64,000 nt of DNA from the human T2T-CHM13v2.0 reference genome, Homo sapiens: assembly GCF_009914755.1 (NCBI RefSeq), contig NC_060927.1; one strand, written 5' to 3'. The position numbers and the translations under genes were made by a program. This document shows, one piece after another, positions 1-12,690 of this stretch (positions within the stretch are counted from its first letter, which is position 1; every line of letters starts with the position of its first letter). Below the pieces are notes generated by a model. It saw only the letters and a list, made by a program, of their open reading frames with translations, searched no databases and had not been told where the DNA came from.

Positions 1-39
1 CAAAGCAGAATGTGACATTCTCATACGAGAAAGCACAGT

Positions 40-130
40 GCTAAGACAGTCTCAGAGAGGCTAAGTGACTCGCATAAGCTCACACAGCTCATAAGTAACA
101 AGGTTGAAATGGAGATCCTTGACTCCTTCA
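40..130 (-). mobile_element. MIR fragment
   Basis: ctcagagaggctaagtgact...cacacagct resembles the reverse complement of the MIR core. Confidence 0.6.
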
Positions 131-844
131 CTGTGCTGCAAAGCCCCTCAAGGTATGATGCTTGCTGCCTGAAACATTTGGGGCAATAGCCCAGCACTTT
201 GTAATCCTTCTCATTCTCCGCTTGGTATCTCACATTGCAATCATCCGTTAATTCCCTCCACCTATAAATATCAAAAGTGCCTATTTCTAGGTACTGGGCA
301 TATATCCTTTTTCCTGAGTTCCAGGCTGGATAACAGGAATAAGTCCCAAAACTAATCCTTGAGTTTCTGATATTAAGTGCTCCCCAATACCCAGAGATTT
401 AGGGGGTTTTTTTCCTCTGTTACAGGGAAAACACACACACACGCAAGAAGAGAAGAAAAAGCAAATGAGCAATTAGCTCTGTAGATCGAAGCACAAACTT
501 TGAGGAAGTTTCAGGGATTTGAACATTCAAGGTTTGGAACTGACATTGGGCCGGGTTGCTCCATCAGTGCCAAGAATCGTTACGGTGATCTCACTGTGCC
601 AGTTCTGAATACAGAGGGCTTTCTCTGCATTGGTCACTAGGAGAAACGTCTCTCCGGAATCAAGCATTTTTCTGATGAATGCATTTTACTTCCTTTCATC
701 CCAGACACAGAGCTGTGTGTCTATCTGTGCACTAAATGTTACTTTGAAAACACTGCAATTTGGAGCTGATCTCAGCTTCTGTGCTTATTAGTTTGTAATA
801 TTGCCCTCCCGAGTTTTCTTGGCATCACCTAACACGGAGTAAGG

Positions 845-960
845 GAATAATGGTGTGTACTGAGCGTCTCCTGTGTATGGGGCTTTGTGCTGAGAACTTT
901 ATATTTGTCGTTTCGTTTGCTCCCCTAAACAACCTTGTGAGGTCAGGACTATGGTGATCT
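845..960 (-). mobile_element. MIR fragment
   Basis: tactgagcgtctcctgtgtatggggctttgtgctgagaacttt...aacaaccttgtgagg, MIR 3' end reversed. Confidence 0.6.
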
Positions 961-1316
961 GCATCTTGGCCCTAAGCAGGACCCATAGGCTCTCTGCATC
1001 CTGGCCCCTCCACAGTGGGCAACCAGCCCTTCCCCAGACACATCTTGTGTATCCTCATCACTGCCCACATATGCTCCCACCTTCTCAGCCCACACAAACC
1101 CCATGGCCCCATTGAGTTGTAGACTTAAAACAAGTGAATTTTGGGGTATTTTTTAATTGTGATAAAATATACATAACAACATGAGTGAGTGCTAAAATAT
1201 GTGAATTATTACCCCATGAAGCGTTGAAAAAGAAAGACAAGAAGGGGAGAAACGCTCTTCCCAAGTTCCCCGGTCCATGCACATACCAAATAACTCTCCT
1301 CTATTCTCCACTCCAC

Positions 1317-1432
1317 CATTCATTCAACAACATCTATTGAGCACTTCCGGTGTATGAGGTGCTCCTCTAGGCACACGGGATTCCTGCAGAACAGAGCAGA
1401 CAAGCATTCCTGCCCTGGTGAGGCCTACATTG
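1317..1432 (-). mobile_element. L2 3' end fragment
   Basis: cattcattcaacaacatctattgagcac is the typical L2 3' terminus reversed. Confidence 0.7.
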
Positions 1433-1438
1433 TACTTT

Positions 1439-2516
1439 CCGGCTTCTCCAGGCCCGTGACATCTGCTGTCTCCTGCATTCTCCAGGCCCTGACATCTGCT
1501 GTCCCCTAGATTCTCCAGGCCCATGACATCTGCTGTCCCCTGGCTTCTCCAGGCCCATGACATCTGCTGTCCCCTGGCTTCTCCAGGCTGTGACATCTCC
1601 TGTCCCCTGGCTTCTCCAGGCCCGTGACATCTGCTGTCCCCTAGATTCTCCAGGCCCGTGACATCTGCTGTCCCCTGGCTTCTCCAGGCCCATGACATCT
1701 GCTGTCCCCTGGCTTCTCCAGGCCCATGACATCTCCTGTCCCCTGGCTTCTCCAGGCCCATGACATCTGCTGTCCCCTGGCTCCTCCAGACCCACGACAT
1801 TTGCTGTCCCCTGGATTCTCCAGGCTGTGACATCTGCTGTCCCCTGGCTTCTCCAGGCCCGCAACATCTCCTGTCCCCTGGCTTCTCCAGGCTAGTGACA
1901 TCTGCTGCCCCCTGGCTTCTCCAGGCGCATGACATCTACTGTCCCTTGGCTTCTCCAGGCCCATGACATCTGCTGACCCCTGCATTCTCCAGACCAGTGA
2001 CATCTGCTGTCCCCTGCATTCTCCAGGCCCGTGACATCTGCTGTTCCCTGGATTCCCCAGGCCCGTGACATCTGCTGTCCCCTGTATTCTCCAGGCCCGT
2101 GACATCTGCTGTCCCCTGGCCTCTCCAGGCCCGTGACATCTGCTGTCCCCTGGCTTCTCCAGGCCCGTGACATCTGCTGTCCCCTGCATTCTCCAGGCCC
2201 GTGACATCTGCTGTCCCCTGCATTCTCCAGGCCCGTGACATCTGCTGTCCCCTGGCCTCTCCAGGCCCGTGACATCTGCTGTCCCCTGGCCTCTCCAGGC
2301 CCGTGACATCTGCTGTCCCCTGGCCTCTCCAGGCCCGTGACATCTGCTGTCCCCTGGCCTCTCCAGGCCCGTGACATCTGCTGTCCCCTGGCCTCTCCAG
2401 GCCCGTGACATCTGCTGTCCCCTGGCCTCTCCAGGCCCGTGACATCTGCTGTCCCCTGCATTCTCCAGGCCCGTGACATCTGCTGTCCCCTGGCTTCTCC
2501 AGGCCTGTGATATCTG
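1439..2516. repeat. Minisatellite/VNTR, 34-bp unit, ~32 copies
   Basis: Tandem GACATCTGCTGTCCCCTGGCTTCTCCAGGCCCGT with variant units (gcat/agat/ggcc cores; ccat/ccgt/ctgt ends). Confidence 0.98.
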
Positions 2517-2784
2517 TAGTTCATGGTTTGTGCAGCCTCATGGTTTTTGATTTCTGCCCCTGAGCGCAATCAATTGGTACCTCCCTGTATGTTTCACATT
2601 CAGCCTCCTAAGAGGAAATTTGTTTAGTTCAGTCAGCAGGTATCCACTTGGCTGGAAATGTTGCTGTAGGCTGCCCTGTAAATAGCCTGTGAATGATTGT
2701 GTTTGGGCAAGTGCTCATGGGTAGTCATGACATCACGTGCTCAGCTCTCCTGAGAGGGAGGCTTGGGGCCTGCCAGGCCTTGCC

Positions 2785-3460
2785 CATTCACTTGACAAAT
2801 ATTTTTCAACAGTTAATATTTTCTCTGCCCAATAGGTGTCAGGGATTGTTCTGGGTGCTGAGATACAAGGATGAACAAGGCGGGAGAACCTGCCTTCCTA
2901 GGGCTTCCATTCCAGCAGAGGGACATGCAGGAGAGGAACCAAGGTGTAAGGTGAAATGCAGTGGTGAAGATGAGTGAAGAGCATGTGGAAGAATGGAAGG
3001 GGTTCTTCTACGTAGGGTGGGATGGGCAATGTTCGAGTCAAGAGAGGATTGAAGCATGCATGCCCGTATCTCAGTGGAAAGCATTCTGGGCAAAGGGGAC
3101 AGCAAGGCCTGGCTAGAAGGGGTTTGGAATGTTCCAGAAAGAGTGAGGAGGCTAGAGTGGCAGGGCACAGTGAGTGAGGGTGAGTGTAGGAGATGGAGTC
3201 AGAGGTCACAGGGCCAGACATGGAGGGCACTGCCGGCCACTAGGAGGACTCGGCTCTTGTTCAGAAGACACTGAGAGCCTGCAGGGTTCTCAGCCTGCAA
3301 GGATACAATGGGATGTGTGGATGACGCACAGAGGAAGCGGGGGACCCCACCGGAGGCCAGTGCTGTCCAAGCCAGGGTGGCAGGGGCCTAGGCCAGGGTA
3401 CAATGTGGAGGCAGTGAGAAGCGAACAGCTTCCAGGTCTGTTTCGAAGGCAGGACTGAGC
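2785..3460 (-). mobile_element. L2 element (long fragment)
   Basis: cattcacttgacaaatattt start, then a purine-rich L2 body (agcattctgggcaaaggggacagc..., gaggctagagtggc). Confidence 0.7.
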
Positions 3461-3529
3461 ATAAGGGACATCTCTCTGATGCGCTCGCCCCAGTCACCCC
3501 GGTGGACTCAGGCACTGCCGCCGCACAAT

Positions 3530-3650
3530 GCCACAGTTGGTTGCCTCATCTATAACATGAGCGTAATCGTTGTGCCTGCGTCCTGGGGCAACAGCGAGCA
3601 TGCAGGGCCCTAGCAGGACTCCTGGCACAAAGCAGACACACAATGATGAG
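3530..3650 (+). mobile_element. Diverged MIR
   Basis: cctcatctataacatgagcgtaat...cctggcacaaagcagacacacaatg aligns by eye with the MIR core and 3' end. Confidence 0.55.
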
Positions 3651-3989
3651 AGGTACTCCTGCTGTGAGGAACCCCAGGGCTGGGGGTGCGGGCTGTATGT
3701 AAAGAACTCCTCTAATATGGGGTTTACCCCATGGATTTGGGGCACCGCCTAGCAATGCCCCATCCAGGAACCCGGGAGTGATGTCTCTCTGGTTGGAGAT
3801 GAAGGGAAAGACCCCTTTGCTGAGCTCCAACCAGGAGCCTGGGGTTTTCTCCAACTTATTTAAATCCCCACAGCCCCACAGAGCAGTGGGACTTCCAGTT
3901 CCTTTGCAGAGCCTGGGGGAATGAAGGGATTCACACACAGGCCTGCAGCAAGGAGCTGAGCTCTCGCCTGAACAGCTGACCCCTAGCCA

Positions 3990-4230
3990 CAGGGCAGGGT
4001 GGTATAGTGATTAAAGGCCTGGGCTTGAGGTCTGCAGGAATCTGAGTTTGAATCACGGCTCTGCCACTGACTGGCTATGTGACTCGGAGCATGTCCCTTC
4101 TCTCTGTGCCTCAGTCTCCTCCTCTGTGGAATAGGACCATACTGGGCTCCTTGCCTGGTGGGGGTGAGGAGTAAGGGAGGTGACGGATGTAGCGTCAGAC
4201 AGAACCCATATGTGGGTGTTTAACAGATAG
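3990..4230 (+). mobile_element. MIR
   Basis: gtatagtgattaa...gagtttgaatcacggctctgccactgactggctatgtgac...tctctgtgcctcagtctcctc. Confidence 0.8.
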
Positions 4231-4959
4231 GAGCTCCCTTCCCTCACCCCCAGGCCTGTGTCTCGGGCTCCTGCATGGCATCCCTGCCAGCAGTTTGAAG
4301 TAGACGCCTCATTGCCAGCTGCTGTCATGGAAACGAAGAGATGGGGGAAGTAGGAGAGGTCTGGAGGAGTGAGGAAGGACCATCATTCCATTGCTCACAC
4401 CCCAGCCCACCTTATCCAGCTCACTATAACAGGGAGGGCTCAGAGCACAGAGTGGGGGCTGGAAGACAAAGTAATGGAGGGGACAAAGGCTGGCTGGGGC
4501 CTTTGTTCCTACAGGGAGTGTGGGGTAGGGAGCACCCCCTATGAGGTTTGGGCAGGCTGGGGCCCGGATGTGACTCATTCTAGAAATCCTCGTCCGTTGA
4601 CCCTTCTCTCTGCACTCTTCAAGAGGCAATACATCCTATTTCCCTTTGATAAAGCTCCCCATCCCATCTCCATCAAGACGAAGCTGATGAGCCTTCTGGC
4701 TACTTTTGTGATTCAATATCCACGTGAGTTGCTAACTGTCTTGCAGACAAGAACTGCTCTGTTTGGGGTTTGGACCCAGTCTCCCTCATCCAGGTGTCCT
4801 TCAATAACTAGATCCCTTTTTGACACCTCATCCTTAGAAAAGGGTCCCATGCCCCTTCTCCATGCCCCAGCCCTCTGGGACACTGTCCCGCAACTCTCAC
4901 TGTCTCCTCCTCCCCACAGTGTGCGACCCTTGTTAGGCCCACCTCCCTCGCTAGGAATG

Positions 4960-5105
4960 CAGATTCCAGCTTTGCAGTCCCCAGAACTCAACAGACGGTG
5001 CCTTGGAGCCACCCAGAGCTGAGTTGGAATCCCTGCTCTGCCACCACGAACGAGCTGTGTGACAGGTGAACGACCCCTCTGAGTCTCAGTGTTATGATCC
5101 GTTCA
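4960..5105 (+). mobile_element. MIR fragment
   Basis: gagttggaatccctgctctgccac...gctgtgtgac...ctctgagtctcagt. Confidence 0.65.
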
Positions 5106-5489
5106 AGGGTTTGAAAGCTGGAGCTGCTTTCCATGAGTTAGCCCAGGCCAAGCTCCTGCAAACTGCATTATCATGATTGTCATTTCATGCCTTTTTAAAA
5201 CTCAGGAACAAAGAAGGAAGCAGAAAAGCAAACCACAAACATGCTTTGTTTATAAAATTAAGTCGTTTCTCTTAGAGATGGAAAGAAGCTGCTGAACTCT
5301 TCCCTTGGAGGAGATGTCGCCAGCTTTGGATAAGCTCGCCACATGTTTATTTGTGCACCTACTGTGTGCCACACCCCACACTGGGCAGTGGGAAGATAAA
5401 TGGGGACGAGGCATGCTCCATGATTTTGAACCGGCGGCCTGGTGGGGAAGGCAGACCCGGAACGGGCAGTATCCCATGGGCGAGGAGCC

Positions 5490-5600
5490 CACTATGATCC
5501 TATTCCACAGATAAGGAGACCGAGGCACGGAGAGGGGAAGGGACATGCTCGGAGTCACACAGCCGGTCAGTGGCAGAGCCAGGATTCAAGATCGGTATCA
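5490..5600 (-). mobile_element. MIR fragment
   Basis: acagataaggagaccgaggcacggagagg...gtcacacagccggtcagtggcagagccaggattcaa. Confidence 0.75.
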
Positions 5601-6048
5601 TAGTCAGATGAACACAAGGGTTACGAGCACACAGAAGTCGGCAGGGAGCACTTATCTCAGCCTGAAGACCCTGGGAAAGCCCCCTGGAGGATGAGGTATG
5701 CCAGGAAAATTTCAAAGAGGAATAGGATTTAATTCAGCTAAGTAAGGTGAGAAGGGCTTTCAGGCAGGAGGTATAGCTGAGACGAGTACAGTGGTCTGAA
5801 ATAGCATGGTGTGTGCAGGAGGCTGTGAGGAGATAGGTTAAAGTCAAGCATGAAGTCAAGGTTAAGGGCAGGGTTGTGGGAGACGAACAAACTAGAGAGA
5901 TAAGCAGTGTCATATTGTTGGGAGACCTTTCATAATTAGGGATCGCCTCCCTCCCTGTCTTTTTCTAACCTAGAATCTCTTCATCAAAATGTGTCTGTTT
6001 AAGGGACACCAGGAGACCAAGAGGAGTTGCAGTTGCAGGGTTTTGGGG

Positions 6049-6547
<499 letters not shown>

Positions 6548-7643
6548 CCCATGCAGTGCCAAGAAGCATTCAGACATCTGCCTCTGGCATCCTGGCAAAG
6601 ATGAACTTCTCACTCTTCAAACAGTCCAGGACCCCTGAATAACCATGTGTCATTGGTCTTAGAGGACTAGAAGGGGACTCCCCCAACTCTGGGACCGCTC
6701 TCAAAAGATGTCTGAACCCCTTTTATTACTTCCCTGTGTTCCTTGGTGACATGTGTTCCTACCTCTGTTGTCTCATCTGAAGCAGGATGAAGTAGGATAT
6801 CTAAACTCAACTTGCTTGCTTACTCAGTAAGGGGAAAACTTCTTTCTGTGTTCTGTGTTATGGTCTCCAGAGAAAATATATTTGTGCAGGAGATTTTGTA
6901 GGTGCTACTTGGTTTCTTCCATGAGCTGATTTATCTTCAAGGACAGGGCACCTAGACCTTGTGTTGTATCACTTGTATCACAGCCTATGTTTGTTCATTT
7001 GTGTTCTCTTGAGAAAGGGAAAATGATGACACAGTCTCCCCAATCTCCAAAGACCTTGAAAACCAGGCCAAGTGTTTTGGATTTTTTGCTGGGGCACTAC
7101 AGAGCCATTGAAGAATTCTGAGGAAGGGAGTGTCAGGTTCAATGTTGTTTATTGAGACACCACTCTGCCAGCGGTGAGGGAGTGGCAATGAAAGTCTGGA
7201 GATCTCAGGGTGGAGGTGCAGGGGCCCAAGTGGGAAAGATGAGGCCTGGGTCCGGGCAGTAGCCCTGTTGGGTCACACTGCCCCAGCCCTCAGAGGGCCC
7301 CTGCTTTCTCCTACTAAGCAGGCAGTGGCTGCAGGAATTCTGAATTCATTTTCTATTTTGTCTGCTGAACACTCAAACAGCAGATAAGCTTAAAGCAACA
7401 ATTTAGAACTGAGAATAGAAATTGGAACCCTCTATGGGTCATATATGACCGATGAAGTCATCTATTTAGATCTGAACAATTTAGGAGCTGCTTGCTAGAA
7501 TCTCGACCTCTCCTGGGAACCCCTCCTCATGCTTACACCAGCCCCTGGGACCTGCTAAGGGACTCAGGACCCCCAGACCCAGCTGAGAAGGGAAAGAAAG
7601 AGAAGCAAAGCCTTGAAAATACTTTTGTGGCTTTTGGCGAATC

Positions 7644-7935
7644 TTTTTTTTTTTTTTTTGAGATGGAGTCTCGCTCTGTCCCCCAGGCTGAAGTGCAGTA
7701 GGCGATCTCGGCTCACTGCAAGCTCCGCCTCCCAGGTTCACGCCATTCTCCTGCCTCAGCCTCCTGAGTAGCTGGGACTACAGGTGCCCGCCTCCACGCC
7801 CAGCTAATTTTTTTGTATTTTTAGTAGAGACGGGGTTTCACCATGTTAGCCAGGATGGTCTTCCTGATCTTGTGATCCACCCGTCTCGGCCTCCCAAAGT
7901 GCTGGGATTACAGGCGTGAGCCACCGCGCCCGGCC
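7644..7935 (-). mobile_element. AluY
   Basis: AluY-type positions (gcaagctccgcc, cacgccattc, ttagccaggatgg); TSD gcttttggcgaa(t/c)ctt. Confidence 0.95.
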
Positions 7936-8079
7936 AGCTTTTGGCGAACCTTCTAGGAGCAAACTAGAGCAGTGTTTCCCAAAGTCCCTCTGTGGGGCCC
8001 TGGATGAAGAGGTTCCCTGGCTGAATAAGCTTGGAAATGCTGAGTATCATATGCCCTTCTTAGGGGCTTGCCATACTTA

Positions 8080-8300
8080 GTAAAGGGTGGGGACTTTGGG
8101 TCAGAGACTACCTGGCTTTGAATCTCAGCTGCACCATTTACTTTATGATCTTGGAAAGTGACTTTTTCTTGGGTTGATTCATTTTTCTTGTCTGTAAAAT
8201 GGAAATAATGATCATGCTGATGAAATAAAGTTATTATGATTACTGACATAATACATAGCACAGGTCTGGCACATTAGGAAATAGTCAAGAAAGGGTAGCT
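8080..8300 (+). mobile_element. MIR
   Basis: ctggctttgaatctcagct...tctgtaaaatggaaataat...ctggcacattag. Confidence 0.7.
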
Positions 8301-8330
8301 GTCAAATAATAATTATATATATATATGGGG

Positions 8331-8508
8331 TTTTTTTGTTTTGCTTTGTTTTGTTTTTTGAGATGGAGTCTCGCTCTGTCGCCCAGGCTGGAGTGCAGTG
8401 GCATGATCTCGGCTCACTGCAAGTTCCTCCTCCCGGGTTCATGCCATTCTCTTGCCTCAGCCTCCGAGTAGCTGGGACTACAGGCACCCGCCACCACACC
8501 CAGCTAAT
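8331..8508 (-). mobile_element. AluY-like right monomer (5'-truncated)
   Basis: (TTTTG)n tail then Alu right arm ending at the central linker. Confidence 0.9.
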
Positions 8509-8949
8509 AATTATATTTTTGATATTTATTATTAGATTATCCTTTATAAAAATATATTTTAAATATATATAAATTAGTTTTTGTTTTACTCTTAAAGGCT
8601 CTGAGAAGTCCTGCAGTAAAATCTGCTTGACTTAACTCAATGTTTGTGAATTTATTTGATCTTGGAGTCTCTTTTTTCATATAACATAGAGGAATTTCCT
8701 GAGGAATTCATCTTCTGTGGGACTCACTTACAGAAATACTGATTTTGTGTTTTGGAAACAGTTTGGGGAGGCCAGTGTGTCTGAGCCAGGATTCAGTCCA
8801 AAGACAGACTCTGCCAGGTGTAAAGAGTTGTGTTTCAGCCTCAGTTCTTTCTTTATTTCCTCTTCCCGCAAGACTGCCACTCAGACATGGGATAACCATG
8901 CCAGAATTGTAGGGCTAGGGGTGAGGAGTAGGGCTTGAAGATCTAGCTC

Positions 8950-9210
8950 AGCCCTGGGAAAACTCCTACTCATCCTTCAATACCACATTCCAATTTTAAC
9001 TTCTCAGAAGCCTTCACATCTTGCCCAGGCAAAATTAGTGGGCCATTCCTACAACCTCCAAGGCCCAAAATCTCCAGTAGAAACCTCACAATCAATATGT
9101 ACCACATTGAACTGTAGTTGTCTGTTAGTGACTGTCTCCCCAGCTAGACTGTGAAGTTCTTTAGGGAAGCATCGTGTGTGTCATCTCAGTAATACCTGCT
9201 AGCACTTGAT
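8950..9210 (+). mobile_element. L2 fragment
   Basis: aactcctactcatccttcaa...ctgtctccccagctagactgtgaagttctttaggg. Confidence 0.65.
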
Positions 9211-10109
9211 CAAGACCAGATTCCACGGCTCACCTTCTAGGGATTTCTAATAACTCAGCTGGGGCAGGAGGTATGAGGAGATAGCCCTGGGTCTTCTGAA
9301 GGTGGGAGAGGCCATCTCAGCGCTGACTCCCAGAGCCTTGAGGGAAGAATCAGAACTGATTCCCTCTGATGGCCAAAGGCGTGGCTCAAAGTCTTTCTGG
9401 GGTCTCTGAATGCAGGGACCCAGGGGGCAGGAGATGATGCCTATTGGGACTTCTTTTGACATGGACTTGTTTAGAGAAGAGAAAAACACAGCTTCTGTGG
9501 TGAAAAGGCAGAGAGAACCGCAAAGGAATGATGATTAGAAAAAAACAAATTCCCAATCTCCACTCCAAAGTTCATATGCCAGTGACAGTAAAACTGGTGG
9601 CGTGTTTAGAGTTAGGTCCATGGATGTTTAATCTTGGAGGAAGATAATTGTCTCCAGTGCTTTGAAGGCTGGGGGTGCCCCTCGTGTACAGGGGCTGGAA
9701 CCTGGGAGGCTGCTCCCAGCTGGCCCCCACAGCCTCGGGATTCAGCTCCAGGCATGCCAGGGCCCCAGCAGTGCTGGTGAGAAGAAGCTGGAAGCCATTG
9801 TGGGGTCTGGGTAGCTGTTGGGCAATAGACTGCCCCTCCACCACTCCTGCCCCGGGCAACATTCAGTAAAGAAAGAATGGGTCCCGGATTCAGGCCTGGA
9901 TCCAACAGGGTCCCACTTGGTGTGGCTTGGTTTCATGGTTCATGTGGACTAGGACCCCTCTCCCCATCAGTGTTTGGTGATACAGGATGCTGAGCTAGGA
10001 TACAGTAGACAGGAAGTGGGAGGGCAAGGCTGGAGTTGGGATACTAAGGCTTGGTCAGGTCTCAGGGTCCCAGCTGGGGAGGATTCCTCAGAGAAATAAC
10101 AACAAAAAT

Positions 10110-10320
10110 AATCATGATAATAGCAGCTTCTGCTATTGAGCACTTAACTTGTGCCATTAAACCTTTGAAGTAGGTATTTATCCCCATTTTGCAGATGAGG
10201 AAGTTAAGGATCAGCAAGATTATTCAGACACCCCCAGGTCATTTAGCTGGTAAGCAATAGAGCTGGGTTTCAAATTTAGGTCTTTCTGACTCCCAAACTC
10301 CATCTCCTGACCATTAGGCC
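10110..10320 (-). mobile_element. MIR
   Basis: tattgagcactt...atccccattttgcagatgaggaagttaagg...gtctttctgactccc. Confidence 0.75.
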
Positions 10321-10815
10321 ATCCTGCCTATATCCCAGGGGAAATGGGATGGGTTCCCAGTTGTATAGATTATGCTAGTGGGTCTGAATCCTTCAAACCC
10401 AGTGTCCCTTTTATAACAAATAGTTTGCAAAGCCCTCTTCAGCACCCTGAAATGCAGTTAATAGATTATATAATCCACCTACAAATACCAAAAGCAGTAG
10501 TAATAATACTAATATAGTAACCACACAGTAAAGGAGAAATAAAAGGAAAACCATTTGTAATAAAATAAAATAATAATACATATTTCACTACGTAAGTATT
10601 TGGGCTGCCTACACTGGAAGATTTTCTGAAGCAGTCAGATGCCTGTAACCACATCTAGAATCAGGTTAACAAAAATACAGATGGATACACACATATGTCG
10701 AATTGACAATTCAAACACCAACAAGGGACTCAACCCATGGTGAGGCCCTGAACAAAACCATGTATCATATTCCTTCAAGTTACATGATCAGAGCAATCTT
10801 AGAAAATTCAGAATA

Positions 10816-11120
10816 GGCGGGGCACATGGGCTCACGCCTGTAATCCTAGCACTTTGGGAGGCCAAGGCGGGCAGATTGTCTGAGCCCAGGAGTTCTAGAC
10901 TAGCCTGGGCAACATGGCAAAACCCTGTCTCTCCAAAAAAAAATAAATAAATAAATACAAAATTAGCCAGGCATGGTGGTACACACCTGTAGTCCCAGCT
11001 ACTCGGGAGGCTGAAGTAGAAGGATCACTTGGGCCCCGGGAGGTTGAGACTGCAGTGAGATCACACCACTGCACTCCAGCCTGGATAACAGAGTGAGAAC
11101 CTGTCTCAAAAAAAAAAAAA
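10816..11120 (+). mobile_element. AluJ-type
   Basis: Dimeric Alu with gagcccaggag / ggatcacttg J-type positions and poly-A. Confidence 0.93.
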
Positions 11121-11269
11121 AGAGAGAAATTCAGAGTAGATTAAAACTGTGTAATGAGTTTTTGCATTTACAGGTAAATAGAATGACGAACTCTGGTCTC
11201 AGATAATTATAAAAAGAGTTTCCCACCCACCTATAGTCCAGGGAACATTTGAAAAGTGGACAGGACAAA

Positions 11270-11395
11270 GGACAATTCTTCACCAGATGCCAGTTGTGCC
11301 CCCCATATCATTGTGATAATCCAAAACGCCCCCTCCCACTATTTCCAGATGCCTCATGGAAGGTGGTACACCCCGCCCCATTGTGCACTGTTCTC
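11270..11395. mobile_element. MER20-family hAT fragment (may extend upstream to ~10375)
   Basis: caccagatgccagttgtgcccccc...ttgtgataatccaaaa...tttccagatgcc. Confidence 0.45.
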
Positions 11396-11721
11396 CTAGG
11401 CTAACGTGGGGTGGGGTGGGGTCTGAGGATTTGTGAAGCAGCTGGGTACCAATGGTACCCACCCCTCCAACACACACTGTGAACTCCAGGGCTCTGCCTA
11501 CTGCTCCAGGTATGGCCTACTAGCGGACCTGAAGGTGCCCAGTGTTTCTGGTTGGCTCAGGAAATCGGCTAGCTAAGCTTAAAGCCAATCAGGATTAGGG
11601 AAGGGAGAGGAAAACTTAATGATTACTGCACATCTCCTCTCTGCCAGGCCCAAAGTCATGCTGCTAATAATAAAATAATAGAATTCGAACAGGACTATCT
11701 AACTCCAAATGAGATGCTTCA

Positions 11722-12047
<326 letters not shown>

Positions 12048-12057
12048 TTAAGGTTGT

Positions 12058-12191
12058 AGCCAGGTGCAGTGGCTCACTCCTATAATCCCAGCATTCAGGG
12101 AGGCCAAGTAAGGTGGGAGGATTGCTTGAGGCCCAGGAGTTCAAGACCAGCCTGGACGACAGAGTGAGACCCTATCTCTAAAATAAATAAA

Positions 12192-12223
<32 letters not shown>

Positions 12224-12224
12224 A
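12058..12224 (+). mobile_element. FLAM/Alu left monomer with (TAAA)n tail
   Basis: Monomeric Alu followed by aaat repeats. Confidence 0.9.
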
Positions 12225-12369
12225 GTTAAGCTTGTAATTTTAGGGACTAATGGCATGGGAGTCTAGAGATAGCATCATGCAGTGTCCAGCGCATAACCAG
12301 GACTCAAGTACAACCCCAGACCTACTGCCCATCAACCAAGTAACCTTTGAAATGCACTTCCCTCATTCT

Positions 12370-12690
12370 TTTGCTGATGAACTCTTGTGCATCCCTTAAG
12401 ACCCAACTCAAACATCACCTCATTCGTGAATTATCCCCATTTCCTCCAGGGGGAAGGAGTGTCCTCCACTCTGGGCTTCTGCGCTCACATTCATAACTCT
12501 CACCACAGCACTCGTCCCCCTGAGCTGTGATTCCTGCTGTGTCTATCTTCCCTGCTAGATGCTGAGCTCCTTGAGAGCAGAGACTTTGTCCAATTTATCT
12601 TAAGGCCCCCAGCCCCTTTCCCTCCAGTGCCCAACACAGTGCTGGCCTAGTACATCCCAGGCATTAATCAATGCAGAATGAATGAATGTT
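12370..12690 (+). mobile_element. L2 3' region
   Basis: gagctccttgagagcagagac...ccagtgcccaacacagtgctggc...gaatgaatgaatg. Confidence 0.75.

Noticed and set aside
1439-2516. CRISPR-like array
   Set aside because: Contiguous tandem units with no unique spacers, in primate DNA.
1324-2569. Long overlapping ORFs of 166-256 aa
   Set aside because: Entirely produced by the 34-bp tandem repeat; all frames give the same repeat peptide and there is no promoter or splice context.
3494-3938. CpG-containing stretch with ORFs and a minus-strand acceptor-like cagcag at ~3660
   Set aside because: The core aligns by eye to MIR and the translations resemble no known protein.
4369-5022. 217-aa plus-strand ORF
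   Set aside because: Non-ATG start, low-complexity composition, ends in a MIR, no recognisable domain.
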